Virus record (IMG/VR): IMGVR_UViG_3300013621_000001
Strand: one strand, 5' to 3'
Source of the DNA: an uncultured virus (IMG/VR IMGVR_UViG_3300013621_000001)
Lineage: Duplodnaviria > Heunggongvirae > Uroviricota > Caudoviricetes
DNA length: 20,000 nucleotides
Shown here: positions 8,132-16,725 of the stretch, piece after piece
How positions within the stretch are numbered: the first letter of the stretch is position 1
How the letters are laid out: each line of letters opens with the position of its first letter
Made by a program: the position numbers and the translations under genes
Notes under the pieces: model-generated
What the model was told of the DNA's origin: nothing
Databases searched by the model: none
What the model saw: the letters and a program-made list of their open reading frames with translations, nothing else

Positions 8132-9754
8132 TTGCCCAAACCCTATCTTCTACGCCGACCTAGCGGACTTCATGTCCGCTTTCTTGTTCCTGTAGACCTG
8201 CGTGAGGCTATCGGCTCACGCTTCTTGGTCCGCCGCCTCCCCCCTTCTGCTGCTGACCTTGCCCGCCTCGTCGCGGCCCGCATGGCTGTGGCACTCTCCG
8301 AAGCATTCGAGCGCTGGAGAGGTAGCCGCATGGATGGCAAGGATAGAGAAGACCTGCTGAAAGTCGTCAGCGGCTCCATCAACCAGTGGACCGGAAACAT
8401 CCAGCTGCCGAATGGGACTAAGCTCACCGGTCTGAACGTCAATGGGCGAGAAGATGCTCAAGCACTTCTGGAAACGATCAGAGGCTTGGCGTTGCCTGGG
8501 CTCTCGGTTGTGGGACTGCCCAATGAACCCGCCAGCGCAGATTTCACGCTATCCGACCGCATCGCCCTGTATCTGGCGGACCTGAGGAACGCCAAGACCT
8601 CACCCGGCAATCTGCTGGATAGTGAGAACACGCTCATCATCTTCCAGGAAGTCGCAGGACCTGACCTGCTGATGTCGAAGGTAGGGGAAGCCCAAGTCAG
8701 AGCGTTTCTGACAGGACTCCATCACTGGCCAAGCAATGCCAGGAAGAAGAGTGACTACAAAGAGCTGACCGCGCCGCAGATCATGGCCAAGGTCAGGCAG
8801 CAGAGAGATAAGGGCATCATTGTTGCCGGTCTCTCAGATCGGACCCTCGGAAAGCACCGAGACCGGCTTGCCAGCTTCTTTAACGCACAAGTGGCCAGCG
8901 GCATCATCGCGCGCTCGCCCTTGGACGGGATCAAAAGGCAGAACTCGGCACAATCTGTGGCTGCCCTGCCCCGCCGTCAGTTCACGATTGAAGAGATCAA
9001 CAAGATCTTTGAGCCTGAGAATTTCCTGCCCTGGGCTAAAGGGCGACCTGATCGCTACTGGGGCGTGCTGCTGGCGGCAGGCACCGGGGCGCGAGTGAAC
9101 GAAGTTGGCCAGCTCTATACGGAAGATGTTGCAGAAGTGAACGGCATCTGGGGGATCCACATCCGCGCCGTCCATCGCGACCAGAAGCTGAAGAACGCCA
9201 ACTCGCTGCGCTTCATTCCACTACATCCCCGCCTCTTGGATGCTGGGATCCTCACCTATGCCCGTGATGTCATGGAGGCTGGCCATGAGCGCCTGTTTCC
9301 TCACTTGCCTTGGCACAAGAAGGCAGGCTACGGGGATGCCCTCGGAGATCAGTTCCGCGCCTATCTTATTGGCTTGGGCATGATGCAGCCAGGCATGGGC
9401 TTCCACTCGTTCCGACATACTGCGAGCACCCGGCTTCTCTATGCGGGGGTGCTTAGCTCTATTGCCGCTGCCATTACGGGGCACAAGGCGCATATGCCCG
9501 GCGAGCTCGGAACCTATGTAGATGTGCCCACGCTCCAATCGCGCGCAGATGCCGTTGCGCTTCTCCCCATTCCCGAAGGTTTGCCGGTCTATCAGCCTGG
9601 AGAGGCAGCGCAGTCTCTCAGGCAAGCGCAACTCAGAGCGAAGCGGCGGGCGGTCAATGCAGCTGCACGTGAACGAAAAGCGGTCGCTCTTGCCAAAAGC
9701 GCGCACTCCACGACGCCAGCAAGTCGCGTGAGGAAGCCATCAAAGGCGTCGTAG
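8132..9754 (+). CDS. Tyrosine recombinase/integrase with DUF6538-like N-terminus
   Basis: Catalytic set TGARVNE (R), KLKN (K), FHSFRH (HxxR), TGH, GTY (Y); N-terminal LLRRPSGLHVRFLVPVDLREAIG; TTG 8132 with GAGGT 8 nt upstream preferred over 8072. Confidence 0.9.
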   Translation: MPKPYLLRRPSGLHVRFLVPVDLREAIGSRFLVRRLPPSAADLARLVAARMAVALSEAFERWRGSRMDGKDREDLLKVVSGSINQWTGNIQLPNGTKLTGLNVNGREDAQALLETIRGLALPGLSVVGLPNEPASADFTLSDRIALYLADLRNAKTSPGNLLDSENTLIIFQEVAGPDLLMSKVGEAQVRAFLTGLHHWPSNARKKSDYKELTAPQIMAKVRQQRDKGIIVAGLSDRTLGKHRDRLASFFNAQVASGIIARSPLDGIKRQNSAQSVAALPRRQFTIEEINKIFEPENFLPWAKGRPDRYWGVLLAAGTGARVNEVGQLYTEDVAEVNGIWGIHIRAVHRDQKLKNANSLRFIPLHPRLLDAGILTYARDVMEAGHERLFPHLPWHKKAGYGDALGDQFRAYLIGLGMMQPGMGFHSFRHTASTRLLYAGVLSSIAAAITGHKAHMPGELGTYVDVPTLQSRADAVALLPIPEGLPVYQPGEAAQSLRQAQLRAKRRAVNAAARERKAVALAKSAHSTTPASRVRKPSKAS

Positions 9755-9831
9755 CGCCCGGGGAATCTCGGTGACAATGATTAGGCAACGCCATCAACCA
9801 CTCTAGGCGCTCAAGATTCGGGGTCTGAGCC

Positions 9832-9848
9832 TTGCGATCAACGCAAAT
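9832..9848. promoter_or_regulatory. Palindromic operator-like site TTGCGATCAACGCAAAT
   Basis: 15/17 identical to 15117-15133; 39 bp upstream of ORF 9888. Confidence 0.55.
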
Positions 9849-9887
9849 AATGTTTTTATGAGAGCTCCCAAACGTTAGGAGCTCCAT

Positions 9888-10184
9888 ATGCCGTTAGAAA
9901 GAAAGCTGGCTATCGCTAGTCGAGTGCTATGCCCTTTGATTGCCCAAGACCGGACACGAGACACGCAAGAGCGGATCGAGGACATCATCCACGCCCTCGA
10001 AATCGCGGACGAATTGATCAACCGATGCATGGCTCCAAAGCCCCCGGCTGACGACCACACTCTGAAACCTGCCGTTAGGGTTAGAGAAGCCGTGGTAGAA
10101 CGCGATCAGGTGCAGCTCAGCGACATGATTTCAGAGCGCCGTGGCGCGGTGTCAAAGCCCACTCGCGGACCTACCTACCACTGA
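9888..10184 (+). CDS. Hypothetical protein, 98 aa
   Basis: AGGAG SD at 9877-9881, ATG start, helical-looking N-terminal half, followed by a hairpin. Confidence 0.6.
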   Translation: MPLERKLAIASRVLCPLIAQDRTRDTQERIEDIIHALEIADELINRCMAPKPPADDHTLKPAVRVREAVVERDQVQLSDMISERRGAVSKPTRGPTYH

Positions 10185-10205
10185 GTTTTCGAAGCGAGGT
10201 TGGTT

Positions 10206-10230
10206 GAAGCCCCGGCGAGCCGGGGCCTTC
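10206..10230. terminator. Terminator-like hairpin between convergent genes
   Basis: GCCCCGG-CGAG-CCGGGGC (10209-10226); U-tracts weak. Confidence 0.5.
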
Positions 10231-10239
10231 GCCTGCCTA

Positions 10240-11811
10240 TCAATGCAACCGCACTCCGGGCTCCTTTGCCTGCCTCATTGCCAGCAGGGCATCAGCCGGA
10301 GCGGACGCTGCAGGATCGTCAGCGGGCGCGCCCCCCAAGACCGGGTATCTACGCAGCAACACCTCACTCCAATTCTCCAGCTGCGACAACGACTCGCCTG
10401 TTCGACGGTTGTAGTCTTCCTGGGCCTTAGGTCCGGTGGCTTCGTGAGCGCGTTGATACTCCTCGCGTCCCAGCTCAACAGCCCGAACCCGGCGCGCCCG
10501 ACGCCGCGACCAGTCTGAGCGATTCAGGATCCCTGGACGTGGGTTTTGGCTTTCGAAGTTCTCCAAGGCAAATTCCGCTTGAGCCAATACGTGCTGGGCA
10601 CGGTCTTCAGCTTTCAGCCTACGCTTGAAGCGTAGCGCGTCCCGCTTCAACTTCTTCAGTCTTACGAGCAGCTCTTCCAAGTCGCCCCGGAGCCTGGGCG
10701 CTGCGACATGAGCGGATATCAAGGCGGCACTGTTGCGCAGCAACCTGCGCGTAAATCTAAGCCGATCTCTCAACGCTTCGATCCATGCCTCGGCCCAAAT
10801 CTCTATCACAGCCTTCAACGCCTGCTTGGATGCGGTGGCCTGCGGCTGCCGCGTCCCGTCATCGGCAACCGCCCCAACTGGCATGGCTTCCCTACCCCCG
10901 TTAACCAGACGAGTCGCTCCACCAGGTGACAGCATTGGTAGGATCAGGCGATGCGAAGCAACTTCGCGCGGGCCGACCGGCATGGCTTGATCGGATGCGG
11001 GCTCCATCAGCCTGCCCTCTCCTGCCATCTCGGCCACGGCTCGATCCCAAGCGGCACTGTTGGCCTGGTGGATCCCGTCATTGCCCTGCTTAAGGACTGT
11101 ATCGGCGCCTCGGCGATGAAGCGCCGTCGCGTCTTTGCCCATATGAAGTCCTGGAGCACGGGAAAGCTCCGCCGCTGTAAGCTCATCTCCTTGCTCTGCA
11201 GCCTCAGCCGCTTGGTCCTTAAGGCTACGATGATCGACACGGGCCGAGACACCTGCAGCAGCAAGATGGGCATTGATGGCTTCCCCTACCATTGCCCGGA
11301 TCCATTCGACTTCCCCTCGGCCTGAAGGGCCGCCATCCAGCTCCCTGGTCTTGTCCTTCAACCCGTCTGCGTCCATCCGCCTGGTCGTGGCTAGGATGTG
11401 GACGTGATAGTTGAGCCCGTCAGCGGTCTGCGGCTCATGGATGCTGGATTGGACAGCGAACCTGTAACGCTGGACCAAGCAGCGCGATATTTCGGCTGCA
11501 AGGTCTGAACGCTGCTCATTGCTCAGTTCGTGCGGCAGCGCTACTTCGAACTCCCTAGCGACCGTGGCGTCTTTTCGGCGCTCCGAAGCCTCGGCGGCAG
11601 GCCAGAGCCGCCGAGGATCGAAAGCCCAGTCAGGCGCCTCATCTGGCGCCAGACACCGGGTTTCGACAACGCCCCCTCGCCTTCGATAGTCGTGCCGGAG
11701 ACCGGTGCGGTCATCGATGATGAGCAGCCCCGCCCTGTAGGCAGCTGCAGCTGTGGATGCGTGCCCTTGGGCACGGCTGAAGGTCTTTACTCTGGTGTGA
11801 TAGATGGCCAT
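10240..11811 (-). CDS. mobA: MobA/MobL-family (MOBQ) conjugative relaxase
   Basis: MAIYHTRVKTFSR...AAAAYRAG, AREFEVALPHEL, IHEP...NYHVHILATTR (HUH), VDHRS; ATG 11811 with AAGGAG. Confidence 0.93.
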   Translation of the reverse strand: MAIYHTRVKTFSRAQGHASTAAAAYRAGLLIIDDRTGLRHDYRRRGGVVETRCLAPDEAPDWAFDPRRLWPAAEASERRKDATVAREFEVALPHELSNEQRSDLAAEISRCLVQRYRFAVQSSIHEPQTADGLNYHVHILATTRRMDADGLKDKTRELDGGPSGRGEVEWIRAMVGEAINAHLAAAGVSARVDHRSLKDQAAEAAEQGDELTAAELSRAPGLHMGKDATALHRRGADTVLKQGNDGIHQANSAAWDRAVAEMAGEGRLMEPASDQAMPVGPREVASHRLILPMLSPGGATRLVNGGREAMPVGAVADDGTRQPQATASKQALKAVIEIWAEAWIEALRDRLRFTRRLLRNSAALISAHVAAPRLRGDLEELLVRLKKLKRDALRFKRRLKAEDRAQHVLAQAEFALENFESQNPRPGILNRSDWSRRRARRVRAVELGREEYQRAHEATGPKAQEDYNRRTGESLSQLENWSEVLLRRYPVLGGAPADDPAASAPADALLAMRQAKEPGVRLH

Positions 11812-11912
11812 TGATGCTCCTTGTTCTGGCCCCCGCACTTGCCTTTATGCCTACGTTTTAGGCTTTGGCAAGCGCTTTTTTAGGGGGTCAAGGGGCACAG
11901 CCTCTTGCGCAC

Positions 11913-11946
11913 GCATTGCCCGAAGGGCAATGCCTAAGTGCGCTCT
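11913..11946 (+). other. MOBQ-type oriT
   Basis: Inverted repeat GCATTGCCC-GAA-GGGCAATGC (11913-11933) then TAAGTGCGCTCT (11935-11946), matching the RSF1010-type core TAAGTGCGCCCT; predicted nick 11942/11943. Confidence 0.88.
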
Positions 11947-11953
11947 TGCTCTT

Positions 11954-12748
11954 CTATTCTTGGGCCTCGCCTGAAGCCTTTCTCACTCGGCCTCCCCGCT
12001 TCCCTGGCAGGGTTTCAAGGCATTCGAGAAGTCTCTCCGCATATACAAATCCGATTCGCCTGACCTTATCCTCATCAAAGTAGAACAACCAGCTCAGCAG
12101 AAGAAGAACAGAGACAGCCAGTGTCAGACCCGCAGGCAAACCAGGATCCGCCAGATTGACAGGCTTGATGGCAAGAGGGGTAAAAGAGATCACCCTAGCA
12201 ATGACCAAGCCGTAGAATATCCCGATAACACTTGAAGTAACACCCGGCCCTCTCATCGCCAACATATTACGATGAAAGCCGTAAGCGATATTCTCTGTCA
12301 AAAGCAGGGTTTTATTTCCCCTGGTAAGCTCCCGCAACCTTCTTGTTGCTCCCGTGTAGGCGTCGTCGGCCGCAACTGGATCACTTGCCTCCTGCTCTGC
12401 AGTTGGCATATCGATTCCCAGCTTGCTCACAATGCGTTCGTGATACCGCCTTGTTGTTACGCCGTCCAAAAACCTATCACGGTGACGCAAGGCGATGGTA
12501 GTGGGCATCCCCCCCCACCTCTGAACCAGTCGCTCTTCAAGCTTCTTCCCTCGACCTCGCGCAATACTAGCCAGGGCGTACATCACCCCACAGGAAGCAA
12601 GCAGCCCCACGACCGCCACGAGAACTGGATGCCGGGGTCCATACACACAAACTAAAGGGATCAGCACGGGAACAGCGACAAGCAGCGCGGGAGTGAGCCG
12701 CGCTTTACGGTCGTACGGATCCTTCATCTGCTGGATCAAACTAGACAT
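11954..12748 (-). CDS. Membrane protein of unknown function (about 4 hydrophobic segments), 264 aa
   Basis: DPYDRKARLTPALL followed by two hydrophobic stretches, a soluble loop, ENIAYGFHRN, then two more; ATG 12748 with GAAAGGGA. Confidence 0.8.
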   Translation of the reverse strand: MSSLIQQMKDPYDRKARLTPALLVAVPVLIPLVCVYGPRHPVLVAVVGLLASCGVMYALASIARGRGKKLEERLVQRWGGMPTTIALRHRDRFLDGVTTRRYHERIVSKLGIDMPTAEQEASDPVAADDAYTGATRRLRELTRGNKTLLLTENIAYGFHRNMLAMRGPGVTSSVIGIFYGLVIARVISFTPLAIKPVNLADPGLPAGLTLAVSVLLLLSWLFYFDEDKVRRIGFVYAERLLECLETLPGKRGGRVRKASGEAQE

Positions 12749-12804
12749 GGAATCCCTTTCAGAGTGAAAGCACAAGCCTTATGCGTTAATAAACCAGCAA
12801 AGAC

Positions 12805-13878
12805 TCAGTCCCTCTCTTGATCGGGCGGATATGGAGTCTGTGAAATTGAGCTCCAACCTTCACGCTTAATACCGCTAGAAAGGCAGACGCTTTTACCTTC
12901 GGTCTTAACAAAATGCGCACCTCGATGCAACATGGCACGCACCACCGAATTCCGGGGATGATCTTCATCAGCCGCAGCAGAGCTACAGACGGCGTTCCAC
13001 GTATATGACTTAGGTATTTCAGCAAGCCGCTGCCCCAACCACCGATCTAGTAGTTCCGTGTTTACGTTGCGGCGCCCGCCGTGGTGTGGCACCTGAAATC
13101 CCCATATGCCCGGCAACGGAACGCCGATAGCCTCGATGTAGTCTGCAGCCTCTTTTAATCCATCCCTCCCGGTGTCGCCCGTCAGAAGAATGCGCTTTCC
13201 ATTGATCGATGCTGTCTGCACGACACTCATCTCGTTCTCGGCGCTTGTTCCTCCAGATGGAAAGTATTCATCCCCCCATGCGGCCAAGACCAAGTTCTTA
13301 GCTGCTCTGAATACACGCCCCAACCCCTCTAGAGCCGCATCCAACACCGTTTCCCCGGCAGATTCAGGAGTTTTCTCGGAATCGACCACTAGATCGAGAT
13401 AGCGTGACTTCGTCGGTGCCAATACAGTAAAGGCACCGATCTGAGCGCCCTGGAATGGCGCCTTGATTTCCACACCTTTTTGCATCGCTATTTCTTCGAG
13501 CTTTGCTGACGCACTGTACAACTCGCGAAGCTTCCTTCGTAACGCATCCACTGAATTGTAGGTCTCAAACCTACTGATCAGTTCTTCAGCATAGAGCCAA
13601 GGCCTATTCATCCACAGCGTTCCCACCGTGCATTGTTCAAGGACCCGCTGCAATCCATTAGCGTGATCCCTGTCAGGATGCGTCAAAACGACATGATTAA
13701 TGACCGTCCCACCGTAGTGTTTCTTCAAGTGCTCGACGAGCTTATCCCCGGTATCGAGGTAGCCTCCATCAACAACATGAATTTGCGTCAATCCATCAAT
13801 AGAATAACGGAGCGCAATTGCATCCCCACTCTTTGAAGTCTCGACACCGAGAAAATCAATCTCTACGAAATCAGCCAC
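12805..13878 (-). CDS. ComEC/Rec2-type metallo-beta-lactamase-fold hydrolase (soluble), 357 aa
   Basis: GDAI, VVDGG, THPDRDH (HxDxDH), LLTGD, QVPHHG, HP; GTG 13878 with GGGGAAGGA. Confidence 0.88.
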   Translation of the reverse strand: MADFVEIDFLGVETSKSGDAIALRYSIDGLTQIHVVDGGYLDTGDKLVEHLKKHYGGTVINHVVLTHPDRDHANGLQRVLEQCTVGTLWMNRPWLYAEELISRFETYNSVDALRRKLRELYSASAKLEEIAMQKGVEIKAPFQGAQIGAFTVLAPTKSRYLDLVVDSEKTPESAGETVLDAALEGLGRVFRAAKNLVLAAWGDEYFPSGGTSAENEMSVVQTASINGKRILLTGDTGRDGLKEAADYIEAIGVPLPGIWGFQVPHHGGRRNVNTELLDRWLGQRLAEIPKSYTWNAVCSSAAADEDHPRNSVVRAMLHRGAHFVKTEGKSVCLSSGIKREGWSSISQTPYPPDQERD

Positions 13879-13939
13879 GTCGTCCTTCCCCTGGATCAGA
13901 TCTGAATGGATGAAGCTCAATAGTGAGAACCGCATCACA

Positions 13940-13969
13940 CTTATACTTCACGCACATTTAACGCGTCAA
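13940..13969 (-). promoter_or_regulatory. Putative sigma70 promoter for the MBL operon
   Basis: Minus strand TTGACG-N18-TATAAG. Confidence 0.45.
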
Positions 13970-14044
13970 GCCTGTCCAGTTAGACACCATCCGCTCTCCG
14001 GCCAATCGACAAAAGCGCCCGGCCCGCATTAGGTGACCTAGGGC

Positions 14045-14263
14045 TCAGAATATCGACTGCCGCCCCCTTCGAGCAAAGCGGCGGCGGATCAGCCACGGCA
14101 GCCCCCACAGAAGCAAGAGAGGCCAGAAGACAGCCTGGCCGAAGAGCATCAACCCGAACACGGCCCCTTCAGCAGTAGTGCCCTTCTCAAACACCACGCT
14201 ACAAAGCCACCACAGTGCCACGACCGTGATGAGCCAACGCACCAGGTTAAAAAACATCCACAT
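14045..14263 (-). CDS. Small two-TM membrane protein, about 72 aa
   Basis: Two hydrophobic segments and a basic tail; AGGAGG SD; last gene of the leftward operon. Confidence 0.65.
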   Translation of the reverse strand: MWMFFNLVRWLITVVALWWLCSVVFEKGTTAEGAVFGLMLFGQAVFWPLLLLWGLPWLIRRRFARRGRQSIF

Positions 14264-14301
14264 CTGAACCTCCTAGCCAGTGCTTGGTGGCGGACTTGAA
14301 T

Positions 14302-14601
14302 TCAGCGACGATCTACGACGGTCCAAGTGCCATCGACCTTGTCGATGACGAAAGTGCCGACAAGCTGCTGTTGCTCAGTGCGAGTGCCAAGCTGGTAGCG
14401 GGCGGTTCCAGTGACACTGCAGGCATAGCCAGGACTGTCCCCTCGCGAGCATTCGCCTACCTTGAGACGCTCAAAGGTCATCGTCGTTCCTGTCGCTTCC
14501 TTGAAATACGCGGTCAGCGCTTTCTCAACATCGCCACTACCAGGGCCACCCGAGCAGGCGGCCAGCAGCACTGCGGCGGAAAGCGTCCAAAGCTTCTTCA
14601 T
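14302..14601 (-). CDS. Lipoprotein, 99 aa
   Basis: MKK...VLLAAC lipobox; AAGGAG SD. Confidence 0.8.
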   Translation of the reverse strand: MKKLWTLSAAVLLAACSGGPGSGDVEKALTAYFKEATGTTMTFERLKVGECSRGDSPGYACSVTGTARYQLGTRTEQQQLVGTFVIDKVDGTWTVVDRR

Positions 14602-14614
14602 GTCAGCTCCTTGA

Positions 14615-15094
14615 TCAGTCGATGAGTAGGCAGTGACTGCCCGGATTCGTTGCAGTGCCAGGCAGTACTTCGCTATCGATCACTGACCCGGCCTTGTTGA
14701 TGACGATGACGATCTGGCTAGGCCGGGCGGAGGAGTCCTCCTCACGCTCGCCGAGATAAGCCAGAGCGATGGCGTCCTTGAAGTCATAGACCTTGCCGAA
14801 GCCGATAACGCTTTGTGCGTCCGGAGGCAAAAGAACGGGCTTGCCATCAAGCTTGATAGCGCGCTTGTAGTCCAAGCCTTCCAAAGGTTCGATGCGGCCG
14901 ATCCTGGTTCGGATGGGCCCAGTGGGCGTTGCGGAGCCGTGACCCGTCGCCCAGATGAACTCGGAGACCTTGGGATGCACTACCCCAGCCGCCTTGAACT
15001 GACCGCTCTGCAACTGACATGAGAGGCTGGGCGCAGCCTCAGCAGAAGCGGCGAACGCCAGGAGACCCATTACTGCCCAGCACTTCATATCCAT
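14615..15094 (-). CDS. Secreted/periplasmic hypothetical protein, about 159 aa
   Basis: Signal peptide ending ASAEA; GGAGG SD; Cys near each end of the mature chain. Confidence 0.75.
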   Translation of the reverse strand: MDMKCWAVMGLLAFAASAEAAPSLSCQLQSGQFKAAGVVHPKVSEFIWATGHGSATPTGPIRTRIGRIEPLEGLDYKRAIKLDGKPVLLPPDAQSVIGFGKVYDFKDAIALAYLGEREEDSSARPSQIVIVINKAGSVIDSEVLPGTATNPGSHCLLID

Positions 15095-15115
15095 ACGACG
15101 GCCTCCAGGTTGAAT

Positions 15116-15172
15116 TTTGCGTTGAACGCAAATGACCAGCTAAGCTTATGCCGTCAAACTCTGGAGAGTCAA
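15116..15172 (-). promoter_or_regulatory. Promoter/operator region of the leftward envelope operon
   Basis: Minus strand TTGACT-N18-TAAGCT; palindromes TTTGCGTT-G-AACGCAAA (15116-15132) and ACTCT-GG-AGAGT (15158-15169). Confidence 0.55.
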
Positions 15173-15190
15173 CGTGTTTGTTTCTGCCGG

Positions 15191-15526
15191 ATGCCCGCTC
15201 CTCAGCCCACGCCCACAGCCCTCGGTCATCGCCTACGCGCAGCACGCGTTGCCAAAGGCTGGACCCAAGCTCAGCTAGGCGAAATGCTTATGGGCGTAGA
15301 TGACTCAAATACGACGGCCCCTCGGATCAGCCGATATGAACGAGGAATGCACAAGCCAGACCTAGAGACCATCGAGAAGCTCGCAGGGCTTCTAGACCTT
15401 CCTGCGGCCTACTTCCTGGCGGCATCGGATGTTGTCGCTGAGGCCATCCTGCTGCTTTCTCAGCTTGATGCCAAAAAGCAGAAACAAGCACTTGGGCTGA
15501 TTAAGAGCCTGATAGACGCTTCATAG
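15191..15526 (+). CDS. XRE-family HTH transcriptional regulator, 111 aa
   Basis: RLRAARVAKGWTQAQLGE...ISRYERGMHKPDLETIEKLA. Confidence 0.9.
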   Translation: MPAPQPTPTALGHRLRAARVAKGWTQAQLGEMLMGVDDSNTTAPRISRYERGMHKPDLETIEKLAGLLDLPAAYFLAASDVVAEAILLLSQLDAKKQKQALGLIKSLIDAS

Positions 15527-15627
15527 CAGCCGCAACCCACTTCTGAAATAGCTTCAACGATTACTACGCTACAGATGCACCGTTAGACCTTCACCTGCGA
15601 TGGGCATGAAGCCCAAGGAGTGATCGT

Positions 15628-16725
15628 ATGACCTGCGAGATAGTGAACGTCGGAAAGAGGCGAGACGGGGGAAGCCGGTACTGGTGCCTATCCCATCATG
15701 CAAACGCCACCGCAAAGTATGGCGTGGCGGCAGAAGAATGCGTGGCCGCGCATGACGAACCCATTTCGGAGAGTGAGTCTCTTGATCTTGAGGTCAACCG
15801 CTACGTCGGGGGGATAGCACTTTGGGGGTCAGTGCCCGCGTCATACGACACTACCACCCTGCCCACCGATAGAGGCATCCATGTCCATGCCAGGCGCTTG
15901 GGCCGGGACTCAGCCAAGGACATCGACAAGACATATCGAAGGCTTAGGATCCCATTCACGACAGACTTGCTGTCCTCAGAATGGTTTGTCGTGGATGAGA
16001 TCGACGCAATCAATTACATGGTGTCTGGGGTCTTCGGCTTCGGAACCATCAGTGTCAAATGCAGCCACTGCGGCTTCCCTCACCTGGACCGCGACTGGTT
16101 CGCAGTCCATCCTCACAGGAAGCATCAGTGCCATGGATGCGGAAGACAGTTCTCCGACTCGGAAATCGCGATAGGAAACCCTCTCTCGCAGTTGAGGAAC
16201 CACCTTGAGCCGGGCAATCGATCCCAGATAGCTGCGCCAAGAAGCATAGAGATACGCCAACAGGACTACCCAGGAGGGATACAGATCTGGGGATCAAATC
16301 CTGCCATTCTCTGGACATCAACGGCTCCTGAAGAAACCGGAATCCATCTACACGCGCTGAGCGAGGAAGGCCAAGAGTGGCCCAAGATAGACGACACGTA
16401 TAAGTCCGTCGTGATAGATGGCATCGAACTTGATGCCGAACAAGTGCGCTACTACATGGCGCAAACAGCACTGCCGCACATCGAAGGACGCGTCGTGGCT
16501 CTGTCATGTCCGCGCTGCAAAGAGCCTCACTTCGATAAGGGACAATGGGCATATACGCCCCACATTGACCACGAATGCCACTTCTGCAGAGCGATCTTCC
16601 AGAATCCGTCGCAGATCAAGAAGACGATATCGAACCCGTTTGTCGAGACACGAGCACGCCTTTCCAAGCATACGAATCGAATTCTTCGTGAAGACAAGCT
16701 AGGGTTGCGCCCCGAAACCATCTAG
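15628..16725 (+). CDS. Hypothetical Cys/His-rich protein with an internal domain duplication, 365 aa
   Basis: AAGGAG SD; two copies of GGIxxWGSxPA...GIHxHA...IDxTY...CxxCxxPHxD...PHxxHxCHxC...IxNP. Confidence 0.85.
   Translation: MTCEIVNVGKRRDGGSRYWCLSHHANATAKYGVAAEECVAAHDEPISESESLDLEVNRYVGGIALWGSVPASYDTTTLPTDRGIHVHARRLGRDSAKDIDKTYRRLRIPFTTDLLSSEWFVVDEIDAINYMVSGVFGFGTISVKCSHCGFPHLDRDWFAVHPHRKHQCHGCGRQFSDSEIAIGNPLSQLRNHLEPGNRSQIAAPRSIEIRQQDYPGGIQIWGSNPAILWTSTAPEETGIHLHALSEEGQEWPKIDDTYKSVVIDGIELDAEQVRYYMAQTALPHIEGRVVALSCPRCKEPHFDKGQWAYTPHIDHECHFCRAIFQNPSQIKKTISNPFVETRARLSKHTNRILREDKLGLRPETI

Noticed and set aside
12805..13878. Antibiotic-resistance beta-lactamase or true competence ComEC
   Set aside because: No signal peptide or membrane competence domain; only the MBL fold is supported.
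13972..13988. TGTCCAGTTAGACACC as an IS3-like end
   Set aside because: Short similarity, no transposase remnant; more likely a promoter-proximal dyad.
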